Shown in pieces: positions 1-11,715 of a stretch of DNA of 37,319 bases (within the stretch, counting starts at the first letter, position 1; every line of letters starts with the position of its first letter). This DNA comes from Macrostomum lignano (Eukaryota): the NCBI GenBank assembly GCA_002269645.1, contig NIVC01004710.1, positions 1 through 37,319 on the forward strand. Reading direction: 5' to 3'. Below the pieces are notes generated by a model. That model saw only the letters and a program-made list of their open reading frames with translations. It did not search any database and was not told the origin of the DNA. A program made the translations under genes and the position numbers.

Positions 1-1
1 C

Positions 2-112
2 GGGAGTTCGATTATACGGGAGCACCACGCCCAGCTCAAGCAGCTCATCAAGGCGACGCCACCTGCCCTCGGCAATAACAAAATCAAAGATGCTGACGAG
101 GCAGAGCAATGA
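2..112 (+). CDS. Possible 3' end of a coding exon running in from the left edge (GSSIIREHHAQLKQLIKATPPALGNNKIKDADEAEQ*)
   Basis: Frame 2 is open from the window edge to TGA at 110-112, with many G/C-ending codons as in the other genes. No family recognised. Confidence 0.25.
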   Translation, partial: GSSIIREHHAQLKQLIKATPPALGNNKIKDADEAEQ

Positions 113-372
113 AAGTTCATCAACAATTGCAGAGAGGCAGCCGTGGAGACGCAGAGGCAGAGAACAGAGGCCGGGCAGAGAAGAGGCAGATGCGTGAAAG
201 GACTTTTATCTTGAGGCTTATGTATCTATTGAAACACATCCCTGTTGATAAATTGTTGATAATACATTTCACTGCAGCCGTTGCTCATCTCCCATTTACT
301 GCAGTCCGGTATTCTAATCCAGATTTACCTATCACCTTCTGATTGCGGATGAAAAATTACCGAACCGAGTCA

Positions 373-2027
373 CTGACACTCATTCAGCCAGCGAGAGTCA
401 CTGACACTCATTCAGCCAGAGGCACTGACACTCATTCAGCCAGAGGCACAGCTGACACTCATTCAGCCAGCGAGAGTCACTGACACTCATTCAGCCAGAG
501 GCACTGACACTCATTCAGCCAGTCACAGCTGACACTCATTCAGCCAGCGAGAGTCACTGACACTCATTCAGCCAGAGCACTGACACTCATTCAGCCAGAG
601 GCACTGACACTCATTCAGCCAGAGGCCAGCTGACACTCATTCAGCCAGCGAGAGTCACTGACACTCATTCAGCCAGAGGCACTGACACTCATTCAGCCAG
701 AGTCACTGACACTCATTCAGCCAGAGGCACTGACACTCATTCAGCCAGAGGCACAGCTGACACTCATTCAGCCAGCGAGAGTCACTGACACTCATTCAGC
801 CAGAGGCACAGCTGACACTCATTCAGCCAGAGGCACAGCTGACACTCATTCAGCCAGCGAGAGTCACTGACACTCATTCAGCCAGAGGCACTGACACTCA
901 TTCAGCCAGAGTCACTGACACTCATTCAGCCAGAGGCACTGACACTCATTCAGCCAGAGGCACAGCTGACACTCATTCAGCCAGCGAGAGTCACTGACAC
1001 TCATTCAGCCAGAGGCACTGACACTCATTCAGCCAGAGGCACAGCTGACACTCATTCAGCCAGCGAGAGTCACTGACACTCATTCAGCCAGAGGCACTGA
1101 CACTCATTCAGCCAGAGGCACAGCTGACACTCATTCAGCCAGCGAGAGTCACTGACACTCATTCAGCCAGAGGCACTGACACTCATTCAGCCAGAGGCAC
1201 AGCTGACACTCATTCAGCCAGCGAGAGTCACTGACACTCATTCAGCCAGAGGCACTGACACTCATTCAGCCAGAGGCACAGCTGACACTCATTCAGCCAG
1301 CGAGAGTCACTGACACTCATTCAGCCAGAGGCACAGCTGACACTCATTCAGCCAGCGAGAGTCACTGACACTCATTCAGCCAGTCACTGACACTCATTCA
1401 GCCAGAGTCACTGACACTCATTCAGCCAGCCAGAGCACTGACACTCATTCAGCCAGAGCACAGCTGACACTCATTCAGCCAGCGAGAGTCACTGACACTC
1501 ATTCAGCCAGCCAGAGGCACTGACACTCATTCAGCCAGAGGCACTGACACTCATTCAGCCAGCGAGAGTCACTGACACTCATTCAGCCAGAGGCACTGAC
1601 ACTCATTCAGCCAGAGGCACAGCTGACACTCATTCAGCCAGCGAGAGTCACTGACACTCATTCAGCCAGAGGCACTGACACTCATTCAGCCAGAGGCACA
1701 GCTGACACTCATTCAGCCAGCGAGAGTCACTGACACTCATTCAGCCAGAGGCACTGACACTCATTCAGCCAGAGGCACTGACACTCATTCAGCCAGCGAG
1801 AGTCACTGACACTCATTCAGCCAGAGGCACTGACACTCATTCAGCCAGCAGAGTCACTGACACTCATTCAGCCAGAGGCACTGACACTCATTCAGCCAGC
1901 GAGAGTCACTGACACTCATTCAGCCAGAGGCACTGACACTCATTCAGCCAGAGTCACTGACACTCATTCAGCCAGTCACTGACACTCATTCAGCCAGAGC
2001 ACTGACACTCATTCAGCCAGAGGCACA
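373..2027. repeat. Modular minisatellite: invariant 19-bp core CTGACACTCATTCAGCCAG plus short reused linkers, about 60-65 units
   Basis: Core separated by AGGCA, CGAGAGTCA, AGGCACAG, AGTCA, AGCA, TCA or TCACAG. A 79-bp three-unit higher-order repeat is visible (CGAGAGT at 985, 1064, 1143, 1222, 1301). Confidence 0.97.
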
Positions 2028-3045
2028 CTAATGGCAGCACTTTGCCTTGCGTGACGATTGCAATGACAATAAAATAAGAAAGACGCCGCTTGCAATTTTA
2101 CTCAACGAAATTCATCAGTGGGGACAGAACACTTCAGCTTTTCGCACTAAATTTCCAACTTCTCCCCCTTAGAACTTGGGAACAGCATGCGTTGCGCCTG
2201 AGGCTGATTCACGAACTAATTTAGATAATCTTGCAGGAAAGTCCAAGCTCGGGATTAAAAAATCGGATTTTTGTCGATGGAAAAAATGAACAAACGGGTT
2301 TTGTAAAAAATCAGCGCCTTCGTCTGCAGGACTTTTCGGTCCTTGCATAGTCTCAGTCTCACTTGAAAGCACTTTTGAGTGAGGTTCTCGGCGGTTAGTC
2401 AACAGTTTGCAACTTTAACCAGCATTCTCCAGCTTAAATGAACAAAGTCCAAGACGAAATTCTCGTTACTTCTGAAACACCCCTCGTTCATAGCGTTAAG
2501 TATTTTTACCATAGTCAAACTCGGGCTGAGAAAAATATGCCAAAAGTGTCAAGAACGACTGCAGGAATTTCGTCAGTGCTCCGCTTGTTTGCCAGGGTAG
2601 CATTTTTAAAACTCGCTTTGGATTATTTTGATTCCTGACTTGTAGAATCCGACTGCTCTGCATTTTTGCATCAATTTCTAAGAAAAAGAGATAAACAAAG
2701 CGATAAACAGGCGGTAAACATAGCGGTAAGCGATAAACAAGCGATCAAAAAGTGTGAGTTAATCGAATATCTGTGTCCTGACAGGTCTTGGCTTCCGGCT
2801 TTGGGTCTATTTATAGCCATAGCTGTCCGCCTGTCTGTCAAGGGCTGACACCTCTGGTTCGGAACGCGAGCAGGTTATCAAAATGACAACGAAATGTGAG
2901 GCTAGTGGGAACACAGTTAGCGGTATGTGGGATGGGTCATAAATAGGTCGCATGAAACAGTTTTTAGACGAAAAAGTCATCCGTGTTCAGAACGGAATTT
3001 ACAAGAAAAACGGTCTCTGTAATCAAAGCTGCCCGCAGACGTGCG

Positions 3046-3380
3046 GCCCTAACACTGCAGTTGAGGCAGCCCTAACACTGCAGTTGAGGCAGCCCTAACA
3101 CTGCAGTTGAGGCAGCCCTAACACTGCAGTTGAGGCAGCCCTAACACTGCAGTTGAGGCAGCCCTAACACTGCAGTTGAGGCAGCCCTAACACTGCAGTT
3201 GAGGCAGCCCTAACACTGCAGTTGAGGCAGCCCTAACACTGCAGTTGAGGCAGCCCTAACACTGCAGTTGAGGCAGCCCTAACACTGCAGTTGAGGCAGC
3301 CCTAACACTGCAGTTGAGGCAGCCCTACATGCAGTTGAGGCAGCTAACACTGCAGTTGAGGCAGCCCTAACACACTGCAG
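3046..3380. repeat. 23-bp tandem repeat (GCCCTAACACTGCAGTTGAGGCA), about 14 copies
   Basis: Near-perfect copies with decayed last units. Lies downstream of the GPCR stop codon. Confidence 0.97.
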
Positions 3381-3456
3381 GCCACATCAGCTGGAGTTCT
3401 TGAATGCTACCCAAGTAAAGATGGCCCGCAACAGCGCGTCAACTTGAACCGCCAGC

Positions 3457-5939
3457 TCAGACCGCCGTGTCTCCTGACGCACCTCCTGCCCGTCGCTGCG
3501 TCTTCATTCGCACAATTTCCAGCATCGATGCCGGGGTCTCCAGAACCGACCTCAACGGAATCTCCAGCCCACCGCTGGCCGCCTCCCTGTGCACCTGGGG
3601 CTTGCGCCGGGGCGCCTGCAGGCTCACGTAGAGCCTCGGCACGGAGCCGGAGCCCTCGGCGGACCCGGCGTGAATCCGCAGCCGGGGCTTCTGGCTGCAC
3701 CGCCTGCAAGAATGTAAATGAAAGGAGAGAAGAGCTGATTTTGATAAACACGACTTTACTCGTATTTCTGATTTACCTTCCCCTCAGAACCTTGCAGCGA
3801 TGTCTGTTGCAAGCTTACGTGTGAACAAAAGAGAAAAAGTCAACTGAGAGGTCCATCATTTTCAAACAACACCTCAAGGTATTGAGAAACCAAGGCAGCA
3901 AATTAGCATAATTCACCCACAATCTTCGGCTCGGAGGTTTCCACGCTCCATCAGCTTACGAGTGCCAGCTGTCTGCGAGTGTTCCTGCAGCGCATTGCAG
4001 GCCTACAGAGAGGCTTTTGTGAAAAAGACCCGATTCTAGGTTCCGGCATCGAGTGACTGGATTCGACGCCTATGCAACTTTTTTCAAAGCTGAAAAGCAA
4101 CAACCATGCCATGTTCTGCCAGGCACTTACCAGCAGAACAGCTGCAGGAACTGATTCTTGAAGATGCTGTTGAATGTGAAGTAGAGGACAAAGTTGCAGG
4201 CCGAGTGGAAGCACACGAACACGTCCGTGATCTCCCGCACGCCCCGCACCAAATAGCTCTCCTCCACGAAGCCGTAGTTCAGCACCGTGCTGAGCACGGC
4301 GTCCGGCATGATGCTGATGATGAACACCAGCACGACGGTGAGCAGCATCACGGTGATCCGGTGCCGCCCCATCAGCCGGCGCCGGCTGCGCGTCCGCCGC
4401 AGGGCGCGCACGATGAAGGCATTCAGGCCAATCAGCATTGTCAGCGGCACCAGGAACCGCGCGGCGTAGATCAGCCAGGTGTACAGCCTCCGGTATGGGC
4501 TGGACTGCCAGCTGCCCGTCTCCACCACCCGGTGCTGCACCGTGCCGTTGGTCTGCGGCTCGGCACAGCCGACCGACTCATAGCGCAGCAGGTGCGGCAG
4601 GCAGAGCAGCGTCAGCAGCGAGCAGGTGGCGAGCACAATCAGCTTTGAAGCCCGCAGAGTGCACAGCTGCTTGGCTCGGCTCGGAGCCGCCACCAGAACG
4701 AAACTGAAACGGCAGTTTTAGTGCTTTCTTTGACAGCCGAGCCGTACTAATTTTACAGGTAAGATCTCAGCTCACCCGATCCCAGCCCGAAGTTCCTGTA
4801 GGCCTTTGCTTTCCCCCGCTCCCATTAGTCCCATTAATCAGAGTTCTCCCTAACAGGTGCTGATAGATGCTGAGGAGGCAGGGGATGCTGTGCTCTGCTG
4901 TATTGCGTCACAGACAGAGCGCGGTGGCAGCTGCACTGCAACCCGCTAATTAAAGCCACGTCCCGCAATTTCCCATCCACCGGAGCAGCACTCCGACGGC
5001 CTTGCGATTTCAAGCCGAATGAGAAGTGCAAGCGCACCCCTAAAATGAGAATAGAGCTTCAAGAGCATTTTTGTGAAGGCTCCGCCGATTGATAAATGGG
5101 TTGGCTGCAGCAGTCCAAGTGGCTTGCAGCTGCAACCCCGGGTAGGCCGAGACTGCTTGGGGGCTCAGCTGGGCTGAGACTGACCCTACTTTGTTACCAG
5201 GCTGACCCTGCTCTGTTACCAGGCTGACCCTGCTCTGTTTCCAGACTGACCCTGCTCTGTTTCCAGACTGACCCTGCTCTGTTTCCAGACTGACCCTGCT
5301 CTGTTACCAGACTGACTCTGCTGTTACCAAACTGACCCTGCTCTGTTACCAGACTGACCCTGCTCTGTTACCAGACTGACCCTGCTCTGTTACCATGCTT
5401 CGAAGAGAACCTGCGAGGCTGCCGTATATTTTTACAAGCTGCGCCCTCTGTTGCAGCCTAATTGTCTAATAATAGGCTTATTGCCATAGGTGTCAGACAG
5501 GTGTTATCAACATTGCACTGACAGCGCACTAACTGAGTACCAAGCCTCACCGCTCAACAGAGATGGCGACCGCCAGCCAAACGGTGACGCAGTTTGACGT
5601 CTGCATAACGAAGTGGCTGTAGGGATAGAGGCTGGCGAACATCGCTGCGGCGGCATCCGAGTTCGGAGCCGCGTGCTGCACCAGAACGCTCACGAAGTAC
5701 AAAAAGTCGTTGGCCAGCTTGACCGTGTCGCTGAGCGCCAGGCTCACCAAGAAAACGTTGGTGGGCGCGGCCAGCTTGCAGCTGGAGATGACGATGACGC
5801 TGACTGCATTGGCCACGATGCCGAAGCTGCAGATCAGGGGGTACGCGATGAGCGCCGTGGCGAATTGGGCTCGCTCGAAGAACTGTCGGTACTGCTCATC
5901 GCCAGAGCTGGTCAGCACGGAGCAGTTGGCTTCGCCCAT
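3457..5939 (-). CDS. Class A (rhodopsin-like) neuropeptide GPCR, FMRFamide/sex-peptide/myosuppressin-receptor-like. Exons 5939-5551, 4703-4131, 3703-3457; about 402 aa
   Basis: Seven hydrophobic segments. TM1 GIVAN, TM2 LALSD, LYPYSH before TM3, TM3 end ISVE|RF rebuilt across a phase-2 intron (cg|GTGAGG...TTTCAG|t) and followed by VLVAAPSRAKQLCT, TM7 HSACNFVLY. Second intron tg|GTAAGT...TTGCAG|g is phase-compatible with a GC3-rich tail ending GDTAV*. Confidence 0.9.
5180..5395. repeat. 22-bp tandem repeat (CTGACCCTGCTCTGTTWCCAGA), about 10 copies, in GPCR intron 1
   Basis: CTGACCC recurs at 5224, 5246, 5268 and onward. Confidence 0.95.
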
Positions 5940-6015
5940 CTCCAGCCTGCAGCCGAAGTCAACCTCTCGCTCTCCCTCTAATGGAGCTGGCCTTTTTCTC
6001 TTGCACTGGCAGCCC

Positions 6016-6040
6016 GATTGGCCGGCCGCTTCCTGATTGG
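6016..6040 (-). promoter_or_regulatory. Two CCAAT boxes (ATTGG at 6017 and 6036) flanking an ETS-like CTTCC, between divergent genes
   Basis: Motifs read directly, about 80-100 nt upstream of the GPCR ATG. Function is inferred only. Confidence 0.35.
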
Positions 6041-6603
6041 TCGCTTCTTTTATGCTGCCATTTCTTTTATGGAGACATTTTTAGGCTATGTGAGAGATTT
6101 TAACTTTCAACTCTTTAATCGTCTACTTTTATCAGTAGTCTAAGTTAAGTCAGTCACTCACAATTAGGCTCCCAGTGACCCATGTCCCCTGCCTTATTGC
6201 TTACGAAACCTAAACCATTGCACTGTAGATCTGAAATCGAAGCTCAAGGTCAAGACCAATATTTCCTGCCTTATTGACATCATGCACCTCCATAAGTTCA
6301 CTCAAGCTCTTATGAAGAATTCCATTTCCGGACTTAAAAACTTTATGAGAAGCATGCATTACGCATCTAGAATCATAAATATAATAGAAAGCCAAATATT
6401 CACCTCTTTATGCTCCTAACTTGAAATCCCACAGAGCAGTATTGAAGGCAAGTTTGTCTCAAGATGAAAGCCATAGACAACTCCGCTGAGCTTGCTCTGT
6501 GAGAAGCCGAGCACAAAAAGTTTACGCCCCCCGCTCAGCTTCCCCGCCTCATCGCCTATTTCATTCTGCCTTCAAGTCGAGCAAAGCGCAGACCCAACTA
6601 GGC

Positions 6604-8331
6604 ATGGAAAGTGAGAGCAGCTGCGAGTCCAGCAGCGGCTCCGGATTCAGTCCGACCTCCGTTGACCGCCGTGTGTTCGGCCGCTCTCTCGAGTGGATGA
6701 AGCTGACTGCCGGCCAGCAGAAGGGATGGGCCGCCAGACGCAGCCTCCGCCACTGGAATCCCTGGACCAACGAGACGGCCGAGTCCAGCAAGCAGCCGCG
6801 CCCGGATAATCCACAAAGCATCTCTTCCGGGACTATGGACGCGGTTGCCGTGACAACCAAAGCCGCCGGCTGCCTCCACGAGCTGCTGAGCCGGCAGGAG
6901 CGGCAGCAAGCAGCTGAGCTAGAGCGACGACGCTCCGACTCCAACACCAACAACAAGAACCCGTTCGGCCAGTCCAAGGCGGGCGGACTGCGGGACATTC
7001 AGCGGCACAGCGCAGAGGGCAAGCAAACCACCATCATCACGCAGTTCAAGGCTGCAGAGAAAAACAAGGACGGCATGGTGGACATCAATATTATCATGGA
7101 CAGCGAGTCCAATGTGTCCAATGCGTGAGTGCCCAGCTGATGATAAGCGCCGCACACCCAATCATAGTTTGCTATTCTAGGCTAAGCCTAAGCTCCAGGT
7201 TTAGAGTATACACTGCCATTTCGAACTATATCACCTGACTCCTTCCGCCATCACCGATGCAGACGCGAATCCAGTGACGACGGTGGCACCACCAGCACCA
7301 GCAAGGAGGGCGCCGAAGGCAGCGGAGCCGGTGTGAGCTCCACCGATAACGAGGACATCGCTGACGATGGCGGCGGCGGCGGCGGCGGCGGCGGCAGCTC
7401 CACAGAAGATGATGAGGCCGACCAACAGGAGACGCCGAGCACCTCAGCTGGTGAAGACGCTGCCGGCGGTGAAGGTGGCGACGAAGGCGGCGAAGGAGAT
7501 GGCGAAGGCGATGCGGAAGACGGGGAGCCAGCTGAGGACCTGCCCGCACCGGGGGAGGAAAAAAAAGCGGATAAAACGGACAAGAAGAAGCTGAACATGG
7601 GCCATCTGGACAAGGAGGGCATTGTGATCGGCTGCATGAACGTGTTTGCTGACGTATCCCGCAAGGAGTACATTGTGCTGCTCACTGACCAGGTGGTCGA
7701 GGCCTTCCTCGTGGACCCAGGGCAGTTTCGGTCCATCGCCAAGAGGACCGGCTGCGAGATCGAGGTGACGAGACGGATCCTGAACCGGCGCATCGGCATG
7801 TACCGCTGGGTGAAGTACCTTGTGGTGACGCTGCGGGGCCCGCACCTGGTGGCCATTGACCAGTGCGACCGTCTCATGGTGAAAATGTTCCCACCCTACA
7901 AGATACGCAAGCCGTACCCGGAAGCAGCCCAAGTGGCCCTATTCGTGAAGGAGTCCTACCCGGACAACTCGGACCTGTACTTCAACTACCAGCGCACCGG
8001 CCCAACCTGCTCCAAGGTGGGCGACTTGCGCATGCAGTCGCCGTTCGGCAAGAACCCGGCCAGGCCCATCGAGACCACACAGTGGAAGCAATCCAACCCG
8101 CGGCTGCTGCAGGGCATCTTGGAGCCCAGGAACCTGCCCATGGCCATCTCGGTGGAGCACGTGTACCCAGAGTGGGGTTCGGAGAAATGCAGCTTCATGG
8201 ACGAGTCCTGCAAGTGGGAGCAGGCCGGCGACCTGGCGCTGGAAATCGAGAAGAAGAACAACCTGGAGCGCAGCACCCGCGTGAAGCAGCGCAAGCTCGG
8301 CGCCGAGCCGCTGTTTGCCGGCGGGGACTAG
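6604..8331 (+). CDS. Uncharacterised protein with acidic Gly-rich linker and KH-like domain. Exons 6604-7124 and 7263-8331; about 529 aa
   Basis: The ORFs 6499-7128 and 7333-8331 join through a phase-2 intron (aat gc|GTGAGT ... GATGCAG|a cgc gaa). Strong GC3 bias. The segment at 7666-7890 follows KH secondary-structure order. Confidence 0.8.
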
Positions 8332-8746
8332 CGGCCTCCAGCCGGCAGCAGCACTTTGTTTTTCAGTGCCTCAACTGGGCCAGCAAGAAAGACTCGATAG
8401 AAGCAGACGTATATAGCATTTTTGTGCGAAATATTTTCATCAGTCAGCTTCAATGCAGGCAATGCGTTTTTGTGTGCTTGAGCTTGCTAAGCATTCCCAT
8501 CTACTTTTTTATCCAAACCACCCGCCACTGAGCTTGAGTTGGCGACAGAATTTCAGTTCATATGCGTAATTTAAACACAAACACTCGTCTCGCCTTCCGC
8601 ATGCTATTCGTACAGGACTTTGGCATCTTCTCTTCCTAACCGAGGAGTTAATATAATTCATTGCGTTGATTTTGTGAAAATTTGAGCTGTAATGACCGTT
8701 GACAGCCTTTAATGGTCAGGTATATTGCAGCGCTGTGGGGGATTAA

Positions 8747-9200
8747 GGCGCTGAGAGATTAGCACAGATAGTGGCACTGAGGGATTAGCACAGATAGTGG
8801 CACTGAGGGATTAGCACAGATAGTGGCGCTGAGGGATTAGCACAGATAGTGGCACTGAGGGATTAGCACAGATAGTGGCGCTGAGGGATTAGCACAGATA
8901 GTGGCACTGAGGGATTAGCACAGATAGTGGCACTGAGGAATTAGCACAGGCAGTGGCTCTGAGGGATTAGCACAGATAGTGGCACTGAGGGATTAGCACA
9001 GATAGTGGCGCTGAGGGATTAGCACAGATAGTGGCGCTGAAGGATTAGCAGATAGTGGCACTGAGGGATTAGCACAGACAGTGGCACTGAGGGATTAGCA
9101 GATAGTGGCACTGAGGGATTAGCACAGATAGTGGCACTGAGGGATTAGCACAGATAGTGGCACTGAGGGATTAGCACAGATAGTGGCACTGAGGGATTAG
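8747..9200. repeat. 26-bp tandem repeat (GGGATTAGCACAGATAGTGGCACTGA), about 17 copies
   Basis: Direct reading. Variants GCGCT/GCACT and two units lacking CA. Confidence 0.97.
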
Positions 9201-9270
9201 AATTGGGATCAGCTAGGAATCTGACTTGGAGGGATCAGACAACTGCAAGTACATGTAGATTTCGGAGTTC

Positions 9271-10787
9271 GTGTGTTATAGTCTTGACAGCAGCTCCCCC
9301 CCCGACTGAGCAGGGGTTGGTGGAGACAAAGCCCGTGTGTTATAGTCTTGACAGCAGCTCCCCCCCCCGACTGAGCAGGGGTTGGTGGAGACAAAGCCCG
9401 TGTGTTATAGTCTTGACAGCAGCTCCCCCCCCCCCCCCGACTGAGCAGGGGTTGGTGGAGACAAAGCCCGTGTGTTATAGTCTTGACAGCATCTCCCCCT
9501 CCGACTGAGCAGGGGTTGGTGGAGACAAAGCCCGTGTGTTATAGTCTTGACAGCAGCTCCCCCCCGACTGAGCAGGGGTTGGTGGAGACAAAGCCCGTGT
9601 GTTATAGTCTTGACAGCATCTCCCCCCCCGACTGAGCAGGGGTTGGTGGAGACAAAGCCCGTGTGTTATAGTCTTGACAGCAGCTCCCCCTCCGACTGAG
9701 CAGGGGTTGGTGGAGACAAAGCCCGTGTGTTATAGTCTTGACAGCATCTCCCCCTCCGACTGAGCAGGGGTTGGTGGAGACAAAGCCCGTGTGTTATAGT
9801 CTTGACAGCAGCTCCCCCCCCCCGACTGAGCAGGGGTTGGTGGAGACAAAGCCCGTGTGTTATAGTCTTGACAGCAGCTCCCCCTCCGACTGAGCAGGGG
9901 TTGGTGGAGACAAAGCCCGTGTGTTATAGTCTTGACAGCATCTCCCCCCCCCCGACTGAGCAGGGGTTGGTGGAGACAAAGCCCGTGTGTTATAGTCTTG
10001 ACAGCAGCTCCCCCCCGACTGAGCAGGGGTTGGTGGAGACAAAGCCCGTGTGTTATAGTCTTGACAGCAGCTCCCCCTCCGACTGAGCAGGGGTTGGTGG
10101 AGACAAAGCCCGTGTGTTATAGTCTTGACAGCATCTCCCCCTTCGACTGAGCAGGGGTTGGTGGAGACAAAGCCCGTGTGTTATAGTCTTGACAGCAGCT
10201 CCCCCTCCGACTGAGCAGGGGTTGGTGGAGACAAAGCCCGTGTGTTATAGTCTTGACAGCAGCTCCCCCTCCGACTGAGCAGGGGTTGGTGGAGACAAAG
10301 CCCGTGTGTTATAGTCTTGACAGCAGCTCCCCCCCCCGACTGAGCAGGGGTTGGTGGAGACAAAGCCCGTGTGTTATAGTCTTGACAGCATCTCCCCCTC
10401 CGACTGAGCAGGGGTTGGTGGAGACAAAGCCCGTGTGTTATAGTCTTGACAGCATCTCCCCCTCCGACTGAGCAGGGGTTGGTGGAGACAAAGCCCGTGT
10501 GTTATAGTCTTGACAGCATCTCCCCCCCCGACTGAGCAGGGGTTGGTGGAGACAAAGCCCGTGTGTTATAGTCTTGACAGCATCTCCCCCTCCGACTGAG
10601 CAGGGGTTGGTGGAGACAAAGCCCGTGTGTTATAGTCTTGACAGCATCTCCCCCCCCCCCCGACTGAGCAGGGGTTGGTGGAGACAAAGCCCGTGTGTTA
10701 TAGTCTTGACAGCAGCTCCCCCCCCCGACTGAGCAGGGGTTGGTGGAGACAAAGCCCGTGTGTTATAGTCTTGACAGCAGCTCCCTC
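9271..10787. repeat. About 64-bp tandem repeat with a variable internal C-tract, about 24 copies
   Basis: Unit GTGTGTTATAGTCTTGACAGCA(G/T)CTC(C)nGACTGAGCAGGGGTTGGTGGAGACAAAGCCC. One unit spans 9661-9724. Confidence 0.97.
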
Positions 10788-11322
10788 TCATGACAGGGAA
10801 AATTCAGTCTTGAGTATTACTGTCATTTTCCTATTCAGCTTCTCATTAGGAGAAGATAAAACTTAAATAGACAATTTAACACAGCATATTTGCCTACAAG
10901 TTTACAAAATCCAATGATTACTCAGTTCTGGTATGAGGAATTTCAAGGGTTAAATGGTATGAAATTTATTCATAATGGACAAACAGGTGTGAAAATAATA
11001 ATTCAAATAAAAACACAAAAGTAGCAGGAGCCTTGAAAACTACCATATTAAGCAAGTCAGCGAAAATGCTAGAACTATGAAAAATGGAAAAGGGCCACTA
11101 AGACTGAATGGGGGTTTACGGGTTTAACCACCAGAAAACGGATGGCGTAGAGGCTTAAGAAGACTAGGAGCATAGTATATTAAAAATAATTCGAAGCGAT
11201 TTGATAAATCGGAGTAGATTAAAGGGTCAGAGAGGATTGAAGGCTTTAGGGGGGATCAAAGAGGATTAAAGATACTCGTAATTTAAGAACACTAAGCGAT
11301 AAAAGAGGATCACTAAGGATTA

Positions 11323-11715
11323 AGGATTGGAGGACCGGAGACGATCGGGGAGGATTGGAGAAGTTCGTGGAGGACCGGAGACGATCGGGGAGGATTGGAG
11401 AAGTTCGTGGAGGACCGGAGACGATCGGGGAGGATTGGAGAAGTTCGTGGAGGACCGGAGACGATCAGGGAGGATTGGAGAAGTTCGTGGAGGACCGGAG
11501 ACGATCGGGGAGGATTGGAGAAGTTCGTGGAGGACCGGAGACGATCGGGGAGGATTGGAGAAGTTCGTGGAGGACCGGAGACGATCAGGGAGGATTGGAG
11601 AAGTTCGTGGAGGACCGGAGACGATCGGGGAGGATTAGAGAAGTTCGTGGAGGACCGGAGACGATCGGGGAGGATTGGAGAAGTTCGTGGAGGACCGGAG
11701 ACGATCGGGGAGGAT
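11323..11715. repeat. 40-bp purine-rich tandem repeat made of two related 20-mers, about 10 copies
   Basis: GGAGGATTGGAGAAGTTCGT + GGAGGACCGGAGACGATCGG. ACGATC recurs at 11341, 11381 and onward. Confidence 0.97.

Noticed and set aside
373-2027. CRISPR array (constant repeat with variable spacers)
   Set aside because: Spacers are only 3-9 nt and reused many times, there are no cas genes, and the context is eukaryotic with introns.
2030-3045. Short ORFs between the first two arrays as a transposase remnant
   Set aside because: No DDE or other motif, no TIRs and no TSD could be identified.
3046-3380. Telomeric or subtelomeric array because each unit contains CCCTAA
   Set aside because: There is only one hexamer per 23-bp unit and no run of hexamers.
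4106-4648. Plus-strand 180-aa ORF and other long antisense or alternate-frame ORFs over the GPCR, KH-like, NUBPL, ARMC9 and phosphatase exons
   Set aside because: Expected shadows of GC3-rich coding sequence, with no independent motifs.
9203-10866. Repeated ORFs such as TEQGLVETKPVCYSLDSS
   Set aside because: Translations of the 64-bp array. The frame changes with every C-run length change.
11327-11714. EDRRRSGRIGEVRGGPET repeat ORFs and GGAGG Shine-Dalgarno-like motifs
   Set aside because: Products of a 40-bp array (three units make 120 nt). They are antisense to the NUBPL 3' region, and SD motifs are meaningless in this nuclear context.
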